This document shows positions 37,100-50,814 of a DNA stretch of 64,000 nucleotides, piece by piece. A program made the position numbers and the translations under genes. How positions within the stretch are numbered: the stretch's first letter is position 1; every line of letters begins with the position of its first letter. This DNA is from Callorhinchus milii (lineage: Eukaryota). The stretch lies in assembly GCF_018977255.1 (NCBI RefSeq), contig NW_024704742.1, forward strand, positions 54,748,001 to 54,812,000. Direction: 5' to 3'. The notes under the pieces are model-generated. The model was not told the origin of the DNA. It was given only the letters and a program-made list of their open reading frames with translations, and ran no database searches.

Positions 37100-37790
37100 T
37101 GAGATACAAATGTGTAGAGTTATCATTTTGTGAGTAAAATTGACTAAGTAGTGAGTAAGCAATGGATTCACCTCTTTTGTCCTCCATTGTGAACCCTGAG
37201 GGCGGGGCAGGGCGAGGCAGGGTCGCCGAGGCAGTAAGAAAGAGTGAGAGCAGAGAGGGAAATGAGGGGAGTATTTTGTGGTTCACTGTCAGGACAGACA
37301 ATCGGAACGTCCCTCGGCCGCCGGGGGGGGGGACTGAGGACAGACCCAGAGTGCCGTGCAGTTTCCTCACAGATAACTCCCTCTTTCCCCATTTGAAAAC
37401 TTCTCTACGTCCTTCATTCTACCTCCCTCCCCCCCCCCCCCCCCTCTCCAATCTGCCACCTCCTGAAGTGCTGTTCCCTTTGCAGAACAAACAGAACAAA
37501 CACCAACTTGCTTCATGTCCCCCACCCCATCTGCCCCACCATCCTGGATTCCTGGAGTCCCTCCAGCTCCCTTCTTCCCTCCCTCCCCTCTTTCAAGGCC
37601 TAATTGTCGGATTGCGCTTTCGGTCATTTTTTTACCCTCCTTATCCCATTTCCCTTGGCTTCCACCCCTAGCTCAGGTGCCAGCCGGTATTGTCGAGCGC
37701 GTTAAGAGTCCTTCTAATGTGAAATGTTATGTTAAGCGCTTTGAGACGCTACCTTGCGTGGAGGGCGCTATGTAAGTGCAAGTTGTTGTT
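37100..37790 (+). mobile_element. GC-rich LINE 3' UTR-like fragment with L2-type tail
   Basis: Ends aagcgctttgagacgctaccttgcgtggagggcgctatgtaagtgcaagttgttgtt. Confidence 0.6.
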
Positions 37791-39239
37791 TCTGGAAGAG
37801 AAATATAAAATGTTGCTTCTGTGGCCTGTGGACGTTTCTCAAATAGGTGATCCAGTCCGAGGCAGCCAAAAGTTTGGACTACTCTGATGCATTGTTTCTG
37901 AACTGTACATACTTTTTTGCTAAGTGCAAATGCTAGAGTTCAGATTTGGTCTTTATTTTCCAATAATATGTTGTGTCCTATTAATGGAACAATTTAACAT
38001 TCATTCCTTCGTGGCTGTTTAGTAGCTAAGGAGATATTTTTTCCTAAAGTTGGTCATGTTACTTAGTGGAGATCTTGGGGTGGTGAAAAGGCTAATGTGT
38101 TGTATAAGGTTAGGCAAAAGATAAAATTGTCTCAGGTTACCTCTTTAATGCTTTATCTGTTTGAGGCATCAGTTTTCCTTGTCAGTTTGTGAATCCTTTA
38201 TCTCAAAGTCAATCATGTCGTCATGGGAAAAACAAATCTTTAACACTTGAGTATAAAATTAGTGGTGTTAGCTCAATGTAACACGAGACTGTATTAGCAG
38301 TGAATCTTTTTTGGTATTTAGGATGATGCTACTGTATATTGGACATTTAAAACTCTTATTAGTATTCCTAGGTATTTTAAAAGTTTTCTAACAAATTATA
38401 TAATAGGTTGGTGGAGGTTCTGAACTAAATCATTTGTAGGAGGAGAGAAATGCACTATATCTAAGGCTGCTTTACAAGTTTAAAGCTACTGTGTTTTGCA
38501 GTTAATCAGTATTGGGTAAGCCAAAGCAAGTGATTTATTTTTAATGCAGGTTTCGAAAGTACATCTTACCAACTGGCAGAAAAGTGCTGCAATGTGATCT
38601 ATTTCTTGTTACTGGAGTTCATGGGGTCAATGTGACACATTCCTGGTTATCACAAATCACCATTTCTGACTCCTTCCCAATGTAACTGATTTGCCATTAA
38701 GTGGAAATACTGTATTTTTCATTCTCTATTAACCTATAAATTAATCTGTTAATGTAGACATACTATTCATAATTCTGAGCATCATGATTGATTCCCCCGT
38801 CTCCAACAGTGCAACAGTGAAAACTGTTTAATTTTTACATCTGTCAACAACTATAATTTCTCATCCATGCGAATCTTTGCTGAAATAGATGTTCCATGTC
38901 CACTGTGAATTTGTCCTGAAATCTCACCATTGCTGTGATACCCTTTCTATCCTAAGATGTCTGAAACAAGCTGAAATATTCTCAACTGTGGCCTAAGTAA
39001 GATGTTGTACAAGTTATAACCTTGCATCATTGTTGTTTTCAATCTTTTATTCTATCTATAAAACCTAGAATTCAATTTTGAAGGCTTTCATCTATTGCTT
39101 TATTCCACGCACAGAAAGTTAGAAAAAAAGGTCTTCATACTTTATTCTAACTATCAAAATAATCTTTACATTTCATATGGTGCCTTTCACACTGGGATGA
39201 TCTCTCAAAGTGCTGCACAGGATGTTTTTAGTCAGCTGG

Positions 39240-40060
39240 TTGTAGAAGCCCCTCACTATGTTTGAGTGTGAAAACCAAACTCAAAGTTCTATGCATCTCA
39301 CCTATACATAGACATTTCAGAGATATATATTGGAATGGAATGTATGCACTTCCCCTGGAGGGATGCATCCTGCTTGCCTAATTCAAGAGAGTATTAGGCA
39401 CAGCACTTTCTGGCAAGCTTTCTCACTGCTTTCCAGCTAGGACCACCTACCTGTTAGGGCTTTGGCTTGCAGGGTTAACAGGAACTGGGTGAGAAGAGTC
39501 AAAGTCCTGTTGTTAAGCCAGGCTGGCTGGGCTGTCCTCAGCAGTGTCCTGGATTACTGCAGATCTGCCTGGCTCAGGAATTGGGCTATTGAGACTCCAA
39601 CAGAGATTTGGCTCAATACTGATATACCGTTGCTAAACACATTACCCTGAAGACAGTTTCTCTCCAAGGAGAGCTTGCTTATCTACCAACCACCCCCAGG
39701 AGGATTGGATCATTTGACATCTGACAAGCTTGAGTTTGAGCCCTGACTAGGTGGATGGTATTATCAGGAACTCCCTGTGAGCTTCTTTTAGGAGCTTGGC
39801 ATTAATGCTGCCTGCACCTGCTGCCTTGCCATTAGCTAGGTGCTGCGGAGTGGAGTCCACCTCCTCCTGAAGGATTGAGTTGTGAAGACCTTCAACCTGT
39901 TCCACATCTCCAGCCAGCCCTTCCATCATCTACGCAGATGGATCTCTGTTATGTCCTGTTGGGTCTGGTGTCAGCTCCGCATAACACTCCTTCCAGACCT
40001 CAAGGATACCCTCATGGATCTGTTGTAGGGATAGTGACCTTGCCCACAGTGAGGGTGACC
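39240..40060 (-). mobile_element. Ancient LINE fragment (RTE-like), with an inverted homologue at 42300-42760
   Basis: NGKAAGAGSINAKLLKEA resembles the GKA.G.D.I.AELLK pre-RT motif; cctgcaagccaaagcc.taac.ggtagg.tggtcctagctgga is shared with 42438-42480. Confidence 0.5.
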
Positions 40061-41477
40061 ATGATGTGCATACAAATTGGTTGTGCTTTAACAATTAATA
40101 TTTGCCTATTATCATTTTAAAAGTTTCAAGGTCTGGGCAGAAAATTACTTAATCTTATAAATTTTTCAGTTAACTCTTTGGTGGCTAGTTTATCTTATTC
40201 AACATGTACTTTATTTTAAATCATGCATGCTTCATCTTATATAAATCAGCATTTAATTATTTTCCTAAATTCAATCTAATATTTTAAAAGTTTAAATTGA
40301 CAAAATTTAAAAATCATTCACTGATTTGAAGGGTACATTTGCAACAGTACTGTTAAATACTGTAAGCTATTTATTTTAACTTCAACTAAGCAAAAGCTAA
40401 CCTTGCAAACATACTGGATTTAGCAAAGATAATAGTCCTTCTGTAGCAATAAATCTGGTTTAATTCATTCTGCTATCTGCAAAGTAGGGCAATGACTAAA
40501 GATGGTCATGCTTGTGTTATCCTGCTTGTGGTATTACTCAGATCGTACTTTATGATGGAAGTGTGTGACCATGTGTTCAAGGGAAATGGCTTGCAAAGCT
40601 AATTGAGCCTATGCCATATTATGTGTTTGTCATGAACAATACAATACTAACTAATAACATAAATCTGAGTTTATTTTCAGATGCTGTTGTCTGCATTTTT
40701 ACACATTACATTTTTTAATGTAGTGATATTTGGAAGGGAGATTTGCAGTGCAGTTTGAGTAAATGTTTATGGACCATTGAATTGCTTTCTCGCCAAACTC
40801 CCAGTGCATGTGAGACATTAGTGACTGGTGTTGACACAATTACATTCAAAAAGTGAACCCAGTAAAACCAAGGTGAGAAACAGTATTCTCAGTAACACTT
40901 ATATTTTAATTAATTTTAAATGAGATTTATATTTTCAGTAACAAAATACTAACACAAATTAAAGCACTCTGGGGTAGGAATTCGACCTGGGTGCTAATTT
41001 ACCCTTATTAATGCAGCATTTTAGAGGGTGCCAAATTTTGGCAAATCTTTGAATTCAATTTTAACTTTGAAACTTGTTTTCTATAGTATTTTAGGAAAAA
41101 ATTCACAAATTCTGCCTGCTTTGAAATACTAATCCATTATGTTAATGGAATAAATTTAGACCCAGGTGGACATAATAATAATCCTTGCATTTGATATAGC
41201 GCCTTATATCATTGAGACGTCTCCAAGCACTTCATAGAATATACTGTTATGTATCTGTTATGAAAAAAGTATTTTGCTTGGTTTCTAAAATGCTTGCAGG
41301 ATTGTAGTCTAGGGTAACTATCTATGATCATTAACATAATTAATAAATGCTGGTTGCAACTGATTTCAAAGAGGTTTTTCCATTTCTTGTAGGGATTTTG
41401 GTTATTATGAAAGATGCCTGAGAGTGGAGAAATAGCAGTTCAGTTATAGATTTATTTTATTTTAATTAGTTACTCTA

Positions 41478-41775
41478 GTGGCTCTGGACCTCCATCCCCC
41501 AGTGCCTTTGCATTGCTTCCTCCCTTTCCTCCTTCAAGGCCGGTCTCAAGACTTTTCTCTTTGACCGAGCCTTCAGCTCCCCTCTCGACTCTCTTCCCCC
41601 TCCTCGCTCCCTCCCTTCCCTCCCTCACCCTGACCATTTCCCCCCTCCTTGCTCCCTCCTTCCCTCCCCTTGACCATTTCCCCCCTGCTCGGGTCCTGAC
41701 CCAACAGTCCAGCGCCTTGGGACGTCCTCCCGATGTGAAAGACGCTCTATAAATGAAATCTTGTTGTTTTGTTGT
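41478..41775 (+). mobile_element. Young L2 3' fragment (same subfamily as 23040 and 33299)
   Basis: ccttcaaggccggtctcaagac..ccctgaccatttcccccc x2..gcgccttgggacgtcctcccgatgtgaaagacgc..ttgttg. Confidence 0.88.
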
Positions 41776-42299
41776 TACACTGTCAAAGAAATAGTTGACA
41801 AATTGATATATTAAAAAGTACAACTGATTAGTGAATATTTGCATACCATTATCTTTATATTAGATTTTACTATTGTGCATTTCTAAAAAAAATCTAATTA
41901 CCTTTGGGACTTTAATCCAGTTGTATCTATAATCTAGTAGTTTGTGGCTAGATTTAATTTTTGTTAAGTTTTGAAATATATCCGTATCTAATTGACATTT
42001 CTGGGCAAATGTTTTTGCTTTTTGATTAGGTATTGTAGTTTTCTGTAATATACATGAGAATGTATGGTACAAATTTTTTTATTTCAGGTCAGAATACCGT
42101 CTCCTTCGATAATCATTGTGTAATTTGATGTCACGGGATCTTCTTAGTTTATTTATTCCACTGAAGACAATAATAATAAGAAAAAAGGTGAAATATTTGT
42201 TCCTAACCCCAAAGAAAAATTGAGTGTTTTTGAAATCTCCTCCTTGTGGGAGGTAAGTGGTGTCTCCTTGGACGTGAACTGTCTCTAAGGTGAGATGTT

Positions 42300-42760
42300 T
42301 AACCACCGAATGTTGGAATCGAGCCAACCCTCTGTGGCCGTCTCAGTAGTCCGTTTCCTGAGCCAGACAGGACCGCAATACACCAGCACAACCAGTCTGG
42401 CTCAACGGAGGAATCACCCCACTCAGCTCCTGTTATTCCTGCAAGCCAAAGCCTTAACGGGTAGGGTGGTCCTAGCTGGACAAGCAGTGTGGCAGCTTGA
42501 CAGACAGACAGTGATATCAGTGGCAAACTATGTGGTTTTAGCTGGTTGGGTTACAGCAAGTCCATTCTGGGGTCACCAAGCCTTGGCACTTGCCAATCTA
42601 TGCCTAATACTTTCTGGAATTAGGTAAGCAGGATGTGTCCCTCCATGCAGCGAGACTGCATTCGATTCCCACAATCTGTCTCTCGAATTTGCATGTGTAG
42701 GTGTGATGCATGGACTTTTCAGTTTGGATACTCTTTAACACACCATGATGGGTTTCTGCG
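42300..42760 (+). mobile_element. Ancient repeat fragment homologous to 39240-39620
   Basis: Two shared blocks (see above, plus ggatg..tccctcca...atgt.taggtg.gatgcat.ga.cttt..agtttgg). Confidence 0.5.
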
Positions 42761-45755
42761 TTGTCAGATATCCAAATAGGAATATAAATCTAATCGTAAT
42801 CATTCAGCTCTATCAGTTGAATAACATTCTCGTGATCCCAATTTGACTGAAATAATCCCATAGAAAGGTGATTACTACTGCCATAATACATTATTACATG
42901 TGATTGCTATGAATTACTCTATTTAACATTAATGGATAAAATTGCCCTGAGGAAGGGGAAACGGAGACATCTGGATCTACAGATTTCCACCCATAAAGAT
43001 TCATGCAATCTCTTGATCAGGCAAAAGGTTGCTTGCAGAGGTGGCCAAGTTAATGCATGTATCTTATTCATTTAAACTCTTTTGTCACAATGTTGCACAG
43101 TATTTCAAATGTGCCCTCACCAGTGATCTATTTCAAAGTAGCATTATCCACTTGCAGTCATAAATGAAATGGGGGCAGGGAAGTTATCTAGCCGAGTTTT
43201 TAAGCATACTAATTACAGCATAATTCAGTAATGCTCCTTTTAATGTTCTGAAATACTTCTTGTTAGTGAGGAAATTTTAATAATGTGTAGTAATTTCCTT
43301 TCCAAGTAAGTTCCCTTTGATTCTTGTTTGAGTAAGGATTATTCTAAAGCTTTCAAGTTTAGGAAGTGCATAGCACTGTGTGCACCAAATTTGGTTGAGG
43401 TACCAATATTCTTTGAGCTTGAGAAGCATCCTACCAATTTGAGCTTTGTTTGTGAGTATCCTTTTTTATTTCTAAAAGTGTTGCATATTAACATTTCACC
43501 ATTTTTTTTTAAAAAAGCATTTAATTTTAGTAAAAGTAACATAACTTTCCAGAATACTTCTCAGGGAAGATTGTGGCTCTGGTGTCTCATATAGTCCATA
43601 CAAATCTTGATAACATTTTTGATATAGTCCTCTGTGTATCATTTCTACATACTATAGATGATCATACATTGTCAATTTTTTCAACTTGGTGTATACTAGT
43701 ACTGGTCATTGTCAAACGGGCAATGTGAAAGTTTGAATGGATGATCCCAGAGATAAAATTAGGCCAGTTTTCACTGGAACAGAGAAGGCTTGCAGGGAAC
43801 CTAAAATAATTCCTGTTGCTTGTTAATTAAAAATTAGGGGGAAAGAAATTGTCACTGGAAAAGTTGAACTAGAGATTAAAAATAGCCTTTAATGCACAAG
43901 ACCATTAAAACATGCAATGGCTTGCTACAAGCAGCTATTGAAGTTGAAATCATAGTGTTTAAAAGGGAATAGGATAATACTGTTAAATAGATAGATTATA
44001 AAAGGATACAAAGAGGGAGCAGGGAAATGGAAATAGAGTAGCTTGCTCAAGTGTGGAGGAGTTGCCACCGTTATAAGGCTCAGGCTTCAAATACTATATT
44101 TTTCATGGTTCTAGATTATCCAATCCTGATTTTGCACTAAAAAGATGAGTGCAGGCATTGTGCATCAGTAATGTTTTCCTAAGTCTAAAAATATTTGTCA
44201 GCTGTACATTGTGGTGCATTATGTCCCCTTCAATCCATACTTCCGGATGCCCAATTGGGAACACATGGTCAGTTTTCTGCCAATTCTTTTTGATCTCTTA
44301 AATATAAGGCCAACTTCTGCTTCATGATCTGGCTGATGAGCAATTTTTCCTTGATTGGGGCCTTTTATGGACATACTTCTGATCTCAAGAAACCCTATGA
44401 AAATTCTGCATATAACTTCAAATTGGAAATTGCCCAATGGTCCTTGTCTATTTGTCATATTTAAAGGAAAACCAATTACAAAACATTTAATGAAGTTACT
44501 GGCAAAATATATTTTCTCATTATTTTTCTGTCAACGATCATTTAACTTATGTTGCTGCCTGAGAATGTAGCACTTTGAACACTTGAATAGTGCTGATAGA
44601 GCACAAAAGTCTTACTAAAGCAGATTACGTTGGATTTTTTAAAATTAAATAGCTATGAGCTGATCTTTAAGCAGCTGTGACCATCTGTGATGCCACCTCT
44701 TGAGGTTTTTTAAATATAGAATTTTTAATTTGCTAAAGCTGATTCTCTGTAATGAAGGCCATGCTTAGGTGTGTGTATATAATATATATTATACACACAA
44801 CCCACACAGACCATATTTGGGTATAAATTTTATATTAAAAAAAGTATGTGTCAAACCAAAATTAGATGCGAGTCAAAAGCCCATTTGTCCGGGCCAGCAA
44901 TCTCTGTTTAAAATTAGTTATTCATGACTAGGCAAAATGAGTGTATGTGAGACATGGCTGTGCACAAATGCAAGGGTTGTTCTATGTAGCGTTGCTCTTT
45001 CTTACAGCTATTCCGTGCTTTTTATTTGCGTGTACATTTTTAAATGTGCTCCTGAGCTACTCTCCCGCTTTCTATGTTTAACAACAATTATCTATTAACT
45101 GTTTTGACACAATAAAGTTCTATAAAAATACAGGTTCTTTCTTTATAGAATGGAATTTTTCAGCACAAAAGAAAGTAATTTGGCCCATTAATCATGCCTG
45201 TGCTAATTCTCTGCAAAAAATCTGTTTAGAGTCACTCCCATGACATACTCCTATATTTTCCTTTTCCAGATTCTTATTTTCTTTCTTGCATATGATTATA
45301 GATGCATAAAATATAACAATCATTGCATTTGATGTAGCACTTAATCACATTGTTAAGTCTCAAAGCTCTTCACAGGATATATTGTTAAAGTAGTATGCTT
45401 ATTTTGTGTGCAAATACGGGCATTGCATTCATATGTAGAGAATCATTGTTTTAAAAAAGCATTCTGTCTGCCTGTTTAGGTGGACACCTCTACTCAAAAT
45501 GAGAAGAGAATTTCTCGTGGTGTCCTGACCAACAATCCTCTAGAAAAAAATGGTCACTCTTTTCATTACTACTTAATTACTGCTAATTGGGTACCAATTG
45601 ATTGTATGTGTGTGTACAGATAGTCACTGCATTTTACAGAAACTTTAAGTGTTTGAGGTGTTCTCGACATTGTAAGCACTATATAAAATGAAAAGATTAT
45701 TGTGCCATTTTAAGCCTTCAAAATATTTAAGATTGCAATTGGATTTTTTTTTCAG

Positions 45756-45909
45756 AGTGCATTTGAAGAATATGACATTGAAGATGTTGAACTCTATGTT
45801 TCTTCCCAAGAGCAACGATTCAGGCAGTTTGCTTCAGTAGAATATGAAGGCCAATTTTACATGACCCCAAAGGACTTCATTCAAGCTGTTACCACTGATG
45901 AACCAAGTC
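45756..45909 (+). CDS. MICU3: MICU3 coding exon 2 (154 nt)
   Basis: tttttttttcag|AGT GCA...CCA AGT C|gtaagt translates SAFEEYDIEDVELYVSSQEQRFRQFASVEYEGQFYMTPKDFIQAVTTDEPS, matching the MICU3 DIED..LY..S.E.RFR.FAS.E.EGQ..MTP.DFI.AVTTDEP pattern. Confidence 0.96.
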
Positions 45910-46129
45910 GTAAGTACATTTTACTGTCAGAACTTACCATCGCTGATTTAACATAAGTAAATGGATTTGATAAAATAAATTTCCCCCAAGCGATAATGGC
46001 TTTGTATGTGGAAGTTGATTTTACTTCAAGAAATGTTCCTACGTAATGTAGCCTAAGATTGTTGTCTTTACAAAAAAAATTCCAGCCTAAAATTTCCTTA
46101 AGGATCCCTTCAGAACAATGTATGCATGC

Positions 46130-47140
46130 ATTATAATTTATGTGGAGTTCCACAGGGATCTACTTTGGGACCTCTTATTTAACATTTTCATAAATGATCT
46201 GGAGGTAGGAGACACAAACACAGTGGCTAAATTTGCAGATCACACAAAGTAATGAAGGTGTTAGACTGCAAAGATGAACAGGATAGGTTACAGGAGGATT
46301 TGAAAATTCGTGGGCATTGGGCAGGTCGATGGCAGATGAAATTTAATGTAGAGAAATGTAGTGCTTCTCATGGGGACAAAAAAAATCAGGAAGTGACTAT
46401 TATTTAAATAGTAAGAAAATAACCTACAGAAAATGAAAAGGACCTGGGGTTCCTGATTGATAATAAATTGAAGCTATCCCAACAGTGCTCGATATCAGTG
46501 AGTAAGGCAACCAGATGCTTGGCTGTACTAAAATGGCAATATTGAGCCGAAATAGTGGGATAATTCTGCCACTTTATAAATCATTGGTGAGACCACACTT
46601 GGAATCCTGTGTACAGTTCAAGTCACATAACAGGATATTGCAGTAATCGAGAGGATGCAGAGGAGGGCAACCAAAATGATTGAGGGGGTGGAGGGACTGG
46701 ATTACGAGGAGTGAGTAGATAAACTGTTCATGTTCACATTGGAGAAGAGAAGGTTGAGGGGTGATATTATTATGGACTTTATGATTTTGAAGGGAACAGA
46801 TAATGTAGACTATGATGAGCTGTTTTATCTTGTTCTGAACAGTAGAACCAGAAAACATGGCCTGCGATTGAAGAGGGGTAAATTTAGAACAATTCTGCGG
46901 AAACACTACTTCCAGTGAGCGCGTAGTACACTTATGGAACAGGCTCCATAGGGAGACAGTGGAAGCAGAAAATGTTTATTTCAAGAACAAATTAGATAGA
47001 TTTCTGCTAGAAAATAATATTTCGGGATACAGAATACAGTTTGTGACACGACATGTCAAGCAACTGCCAGGATGGTAGAAGGCGAATTAGATGGACGTTG
47101 GTCTTCTTTTACAAGCAAATTCTTATGTTCTTGTGTTCCT
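46130..47140 (+). mobile_element. CR1-clade LINE 3' fragment
   Basis: GVPQGS.LGP, LPLYKSLVRPHLE, FTLEKRRLRGD, RTRKHGLRL motifs; tail ttcttatgttcttgtgttc. Confidence 0.9.
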
Positions 47141-47711
47141 TTTTATTGGATTAAACATTTGTTTTGAAAAAAATTACTTCATGTTGCATCAGTGTTTAAA
47201 CACTAATTGAAAATGTTGTATGAAAGTTGAACATATTAGATTACATCTGTTAATATTGAAGTAGCTTTTTATATAATTGGCATGAGGATTTTGAAAAATT
47301 GGATATTAGTTAATTTTATGCAATGCCAAATAATTGCCCATATTTCCATTTTAAGTTTAGATCATGGCGGTAACCATCTATTGTTGTTATCCCTGTACAG
47401 AGCGGTGTAAAAATTATACAAAGCTAAAGTGCTACCAACGTTACCCTGCGTGACAGCATTAGATAAATGCATGTTGTGTTGCTTAGACTACAGGTTTCTC
47501 CTCAGTAAAAATTTTTTTGCCAATGTTCCAAATACACTAGATGCCGCATTCACCCACAAAATACAGTCAATTCACTTTACAGTATCGTGTGAAGCGCATT
47601 GAGATGTCTCAATGACACGATAAGGTACTAAATCAAATGGACGGATTATTGTTATTAATTAGTTCCTGGGTCAATATGACTAGATCTGGAATTTATCCAA
47701 CTGTTCATCGT

Positions 47712-47890
47712 GGAGTCCTGTAGCTCAGCAGTTAGAGCACTCGCCTCGGAAGTGAGAGGACCTGGGTTCGAATCCTGGGAGGGCGAAATGTTGGCCAAGT
47801 TTCCTTACTCCACATGCCTCTGTTTACCTTGCAGTAAGTAAGAACCCGGTTGTTAGTCGATTGGCAGATCACTTCTCTGGGGGTAATAAA
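47712..47890 (+). mobile_element. tRNA-derived SINE 5' half
   Basis: ggagtcctgtagctcagcagttagagc..gggttcgaatcc (A and B boxes) followed by the ttggccaagtttccttactccac core. Confidence 0.85.
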
Positions 47891-47917
47891 TACAGCACAC
47901 AATACAAAATTACATTT

Positions 47918-48740
47918 AGCAGGTTGGAGAGGTAGGAGGTGGCAAGACCATGGAGGGTCTTGAAGGTGAGGATGAGAGTTTTGAACTCGATCCACTGACG
48001 GACGGGGAGCCAGTAGAGCCAGGCAAGGGTGGGTGAAATGGGGTCACGGAGCCTGGTGTGGGAGAGGGCACGAGCTGCAGAGTTCTGGATGATCTGCAAC
48101 TTGTGCTGGGAAGAGTTAGGAGGGCCGACAAGCAGGGCGTTAGCATAGACGAGCCTGGATGTATTGTAGGCTCGCATGAGGGTTTTGGCTGCCTTTGGGG
48201 TGAGGCAGTGGCTGAGTCAGCAATGTTGTGGGAGTGGGGGAAGGCAGAGTGGGTCATGGCATGGATGTGAGGCAGAAAGGACAGTTGAGGGTCGAACAAG
48301 CCAGGTTCCTGACTGGCTTAGTGAGGTGGAGTGTGCATCTGTTGATGCTGATGCTGCCATGCCTGAAGTATGGAGGGAGTTATGGGAGATGAAATGGTGA
48401 TCTGAGATGGCTTTATCGATGATAGTGATATCCGAGACATTGAGACCCCGGGTAATCACTTGGTCGAGTGGATGGCCGAGTAAATGTGAGGGAGAGGTTG
48501 TGCGAAGAGAAGTCGGTGGAGATAGAGCAAGAGAGGGTAAAGTGCAGGTTGAAGTTGCTTAGAATTTGGAGGCATTCAGAACAGAGGCAGAGAGAAGCTA
48601 GGAGGGTGGAGATATCAGAGATGAGGCTGGGGGAGGGTTTAGCGGGATGATAAATCAGGAGAATTTTGAGGGAAATATTGGAAGAATGATAGAGGGTAAG
48701 CTTCTCGAAGGAGGAGAATGAGCTGGAGGAGTAGGGGAAT
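47918..48740 (-). mobile_element. L2 fragments (internally deleted; RT C-terminus and endonuclease-region pieces)
   Basis: KLQIIQNSAARAL..WLPVRQWIEFKTLILTFK; ISDHHFIS. Confidence 0.8.
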
Positions 48741-48882
48741 ATAGTATATCAAATGCTATTATAATAATAGTATTATTTGTGAGTAGTGAAGTAGAGAACA
48801 TATCTAAATCACACAAAAGTTAGATGAGCATAGCTAAATTAAATGAGTAAGAGGACATTAGCAACATGACAATATACTATAT

Positions 48883-49272
48883 GGCGTCCTGTAGCTCAGT
48901 GGTTAGAGCACTCGCCTCGCAAGAGAGAGGACATGGGTTCGATTCCCAGGCGGATCAGGGCTAAATGTTGGGCAAGTTTCCTTACTCCACACACATTCAC
49001 GCACGCCTCTGTTTACCTAGTAGTAAGTAGGAACCCAGTTGTTAGTCGATTGGCGGATCTCTTTTCAGGGGGTAATGATTCCTTCCAAAAAAATTAATAA
49101 TAAATTTTGGTCACTCAATCCACAACTGTTTGTGGGACACTGCTGTGTGCAATTGGCTGCTGCGTTTTGCCAAACAAAAGTATTCACTTTACAGTGTATC
49201 CTGTGAAGTGCTTTGAGATATCTCGAAGATGTGATAAGCCGCTATATCAAATGCAAGGATTATTATTATTAT
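48883..49272 (+). mobile_element. Full-length tRNA(Ala-like)-derived SINE, about 390 bp, (ATT)n tail
   Basis: A box TAGCTCAGTGG, B box GGTTCGATTCC, pseudo-anticodon loop ctCGCaa, then core and 3' region shared with more than 10 copies in the window. Confidence 0.92.
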
Positions 49273-50814
49273 AGAACAATTGACTGTGGAAAAAATAGCC
49301 AGAAGAGGTGCAAGAAATATTAGTAGTTAATGTTATAAGCTAGATTGCTCTTTTGAGGGATTTGTTCAGGTTTGGACTTTTTAATATCTTAAATATTCTA
49401 ATTTTTCTGACCTGAATTTTTTTAAAAAAATGAAAAAGCTAATGTTAAATGGTGTACTTAGTCTGATTATTTTATCTTTCAGTCATTATAAATAGTGAAG
49501 TAAAATATTTGGTTTTTTAACTTGGTGAACGTAAAAACATTTTACACCAAACTCTTTCCAGCAGGCAAGTGATGTATATAATGCCGTTCTGATACTTCTT
49601 GACTTCTATATTTTTGTATGCTTTATGTCTCAGGTTTAAAATCACGTAGTTTGTTGTATAAATGACTTTAAATTAAATTGTAAAGCTCTTAAGTATTCCA
49701 TTACCACCACCATCATGGAAACAATATAACTTTGTACAAGACATTTTATGTATTTAGATAGAAATAAAACGAGGTTTACATGGGATTTTGCGTTAATACT
49801 TTATCCAAATTATTGTTTTTATCTACCAAGATAAAAACCTAAACAATACCCCATTGATTGCAATTGCCCATCATCAGTATACTTCACACAATTACCTTTA
49901 CTAAGTACACAACTGCAGTCTTTTTATGACCAGCACATAAAGCCGTAAATTTCATTAAACCATTACATCATATCTTTGAGTAAAGGCACTTCGGGCTTCT
50001 TAACTGGCGAACAACAATAGTGGTTAAAACTGCGTACTACTGTGTGGGAAACCACCATTACATGCTCAAGGAATGTATTATCCTTCCTAGCCTCACAAAT
50101 CTGGTTTTGTTCATTAAATATTCAGAAGTATTTTCCAATTATTTTGTTTCGGACTTTCTAAATAATATGCCATTCCTCAATTATATTAAATACCTATCAT
50201 GTACTATGTAATGATTAATTTTTTTGAGGACAGGAAGGGGTGAACAATTAGTCATTAAAAATAACTCCTGCCAGACTACTAAACAAACCATTCCCATATT
50301 GATAAATAATACCCAAACATTTTTTTTAATTCAAAGTTTAGCATTCAATTCTCTTACATCAGGAAAGGGATGAAGAAACAGTTTTCATCAAAGTAAGGGG
50401 TATTGTTTGATTAACACGGCTGAGTCACATGTAACACAACCATAGAAATGTATGACATAGTAGGAGGCATTTGACCAACTTAGAGTTTGTTTCCCTGCCA
50501 ATGACGCAATCTACCCTAATCCCAATTCCTTGCTTTTTCCCATATCCTCTAATACCTTTCTTCTGCATGTGGCTATCCAATTATATTTTAAATGCACAAA
50601 TTGAGTCTGCTCCCAACAGCCAACCCATGCTAGCTAAAGTGTAAAGCTCCCTCTATGTTGGTCCAATACTGAGTTAATAACTTCAGAAATGGGACCTATT
50701 TCGGACCATTGTGATATCTTCATTTATGATACCAGTATCCTTGCAATGTTGCCAATCATTGTTGAATGACTGACAGTTCTGGGCTATGAACCTGCATCTG
50801 TTAGAAACAAGATT

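Noticed and set aside
48883..48957. Apparent tRNA-Ala(CGC) gene (also 47712 and about 63040)
   Set aside because: Acceptor and anticodon stems are imperfect, copies differ at the anticodon, and each runs straight into SINE body sequence; these are SINE heads.
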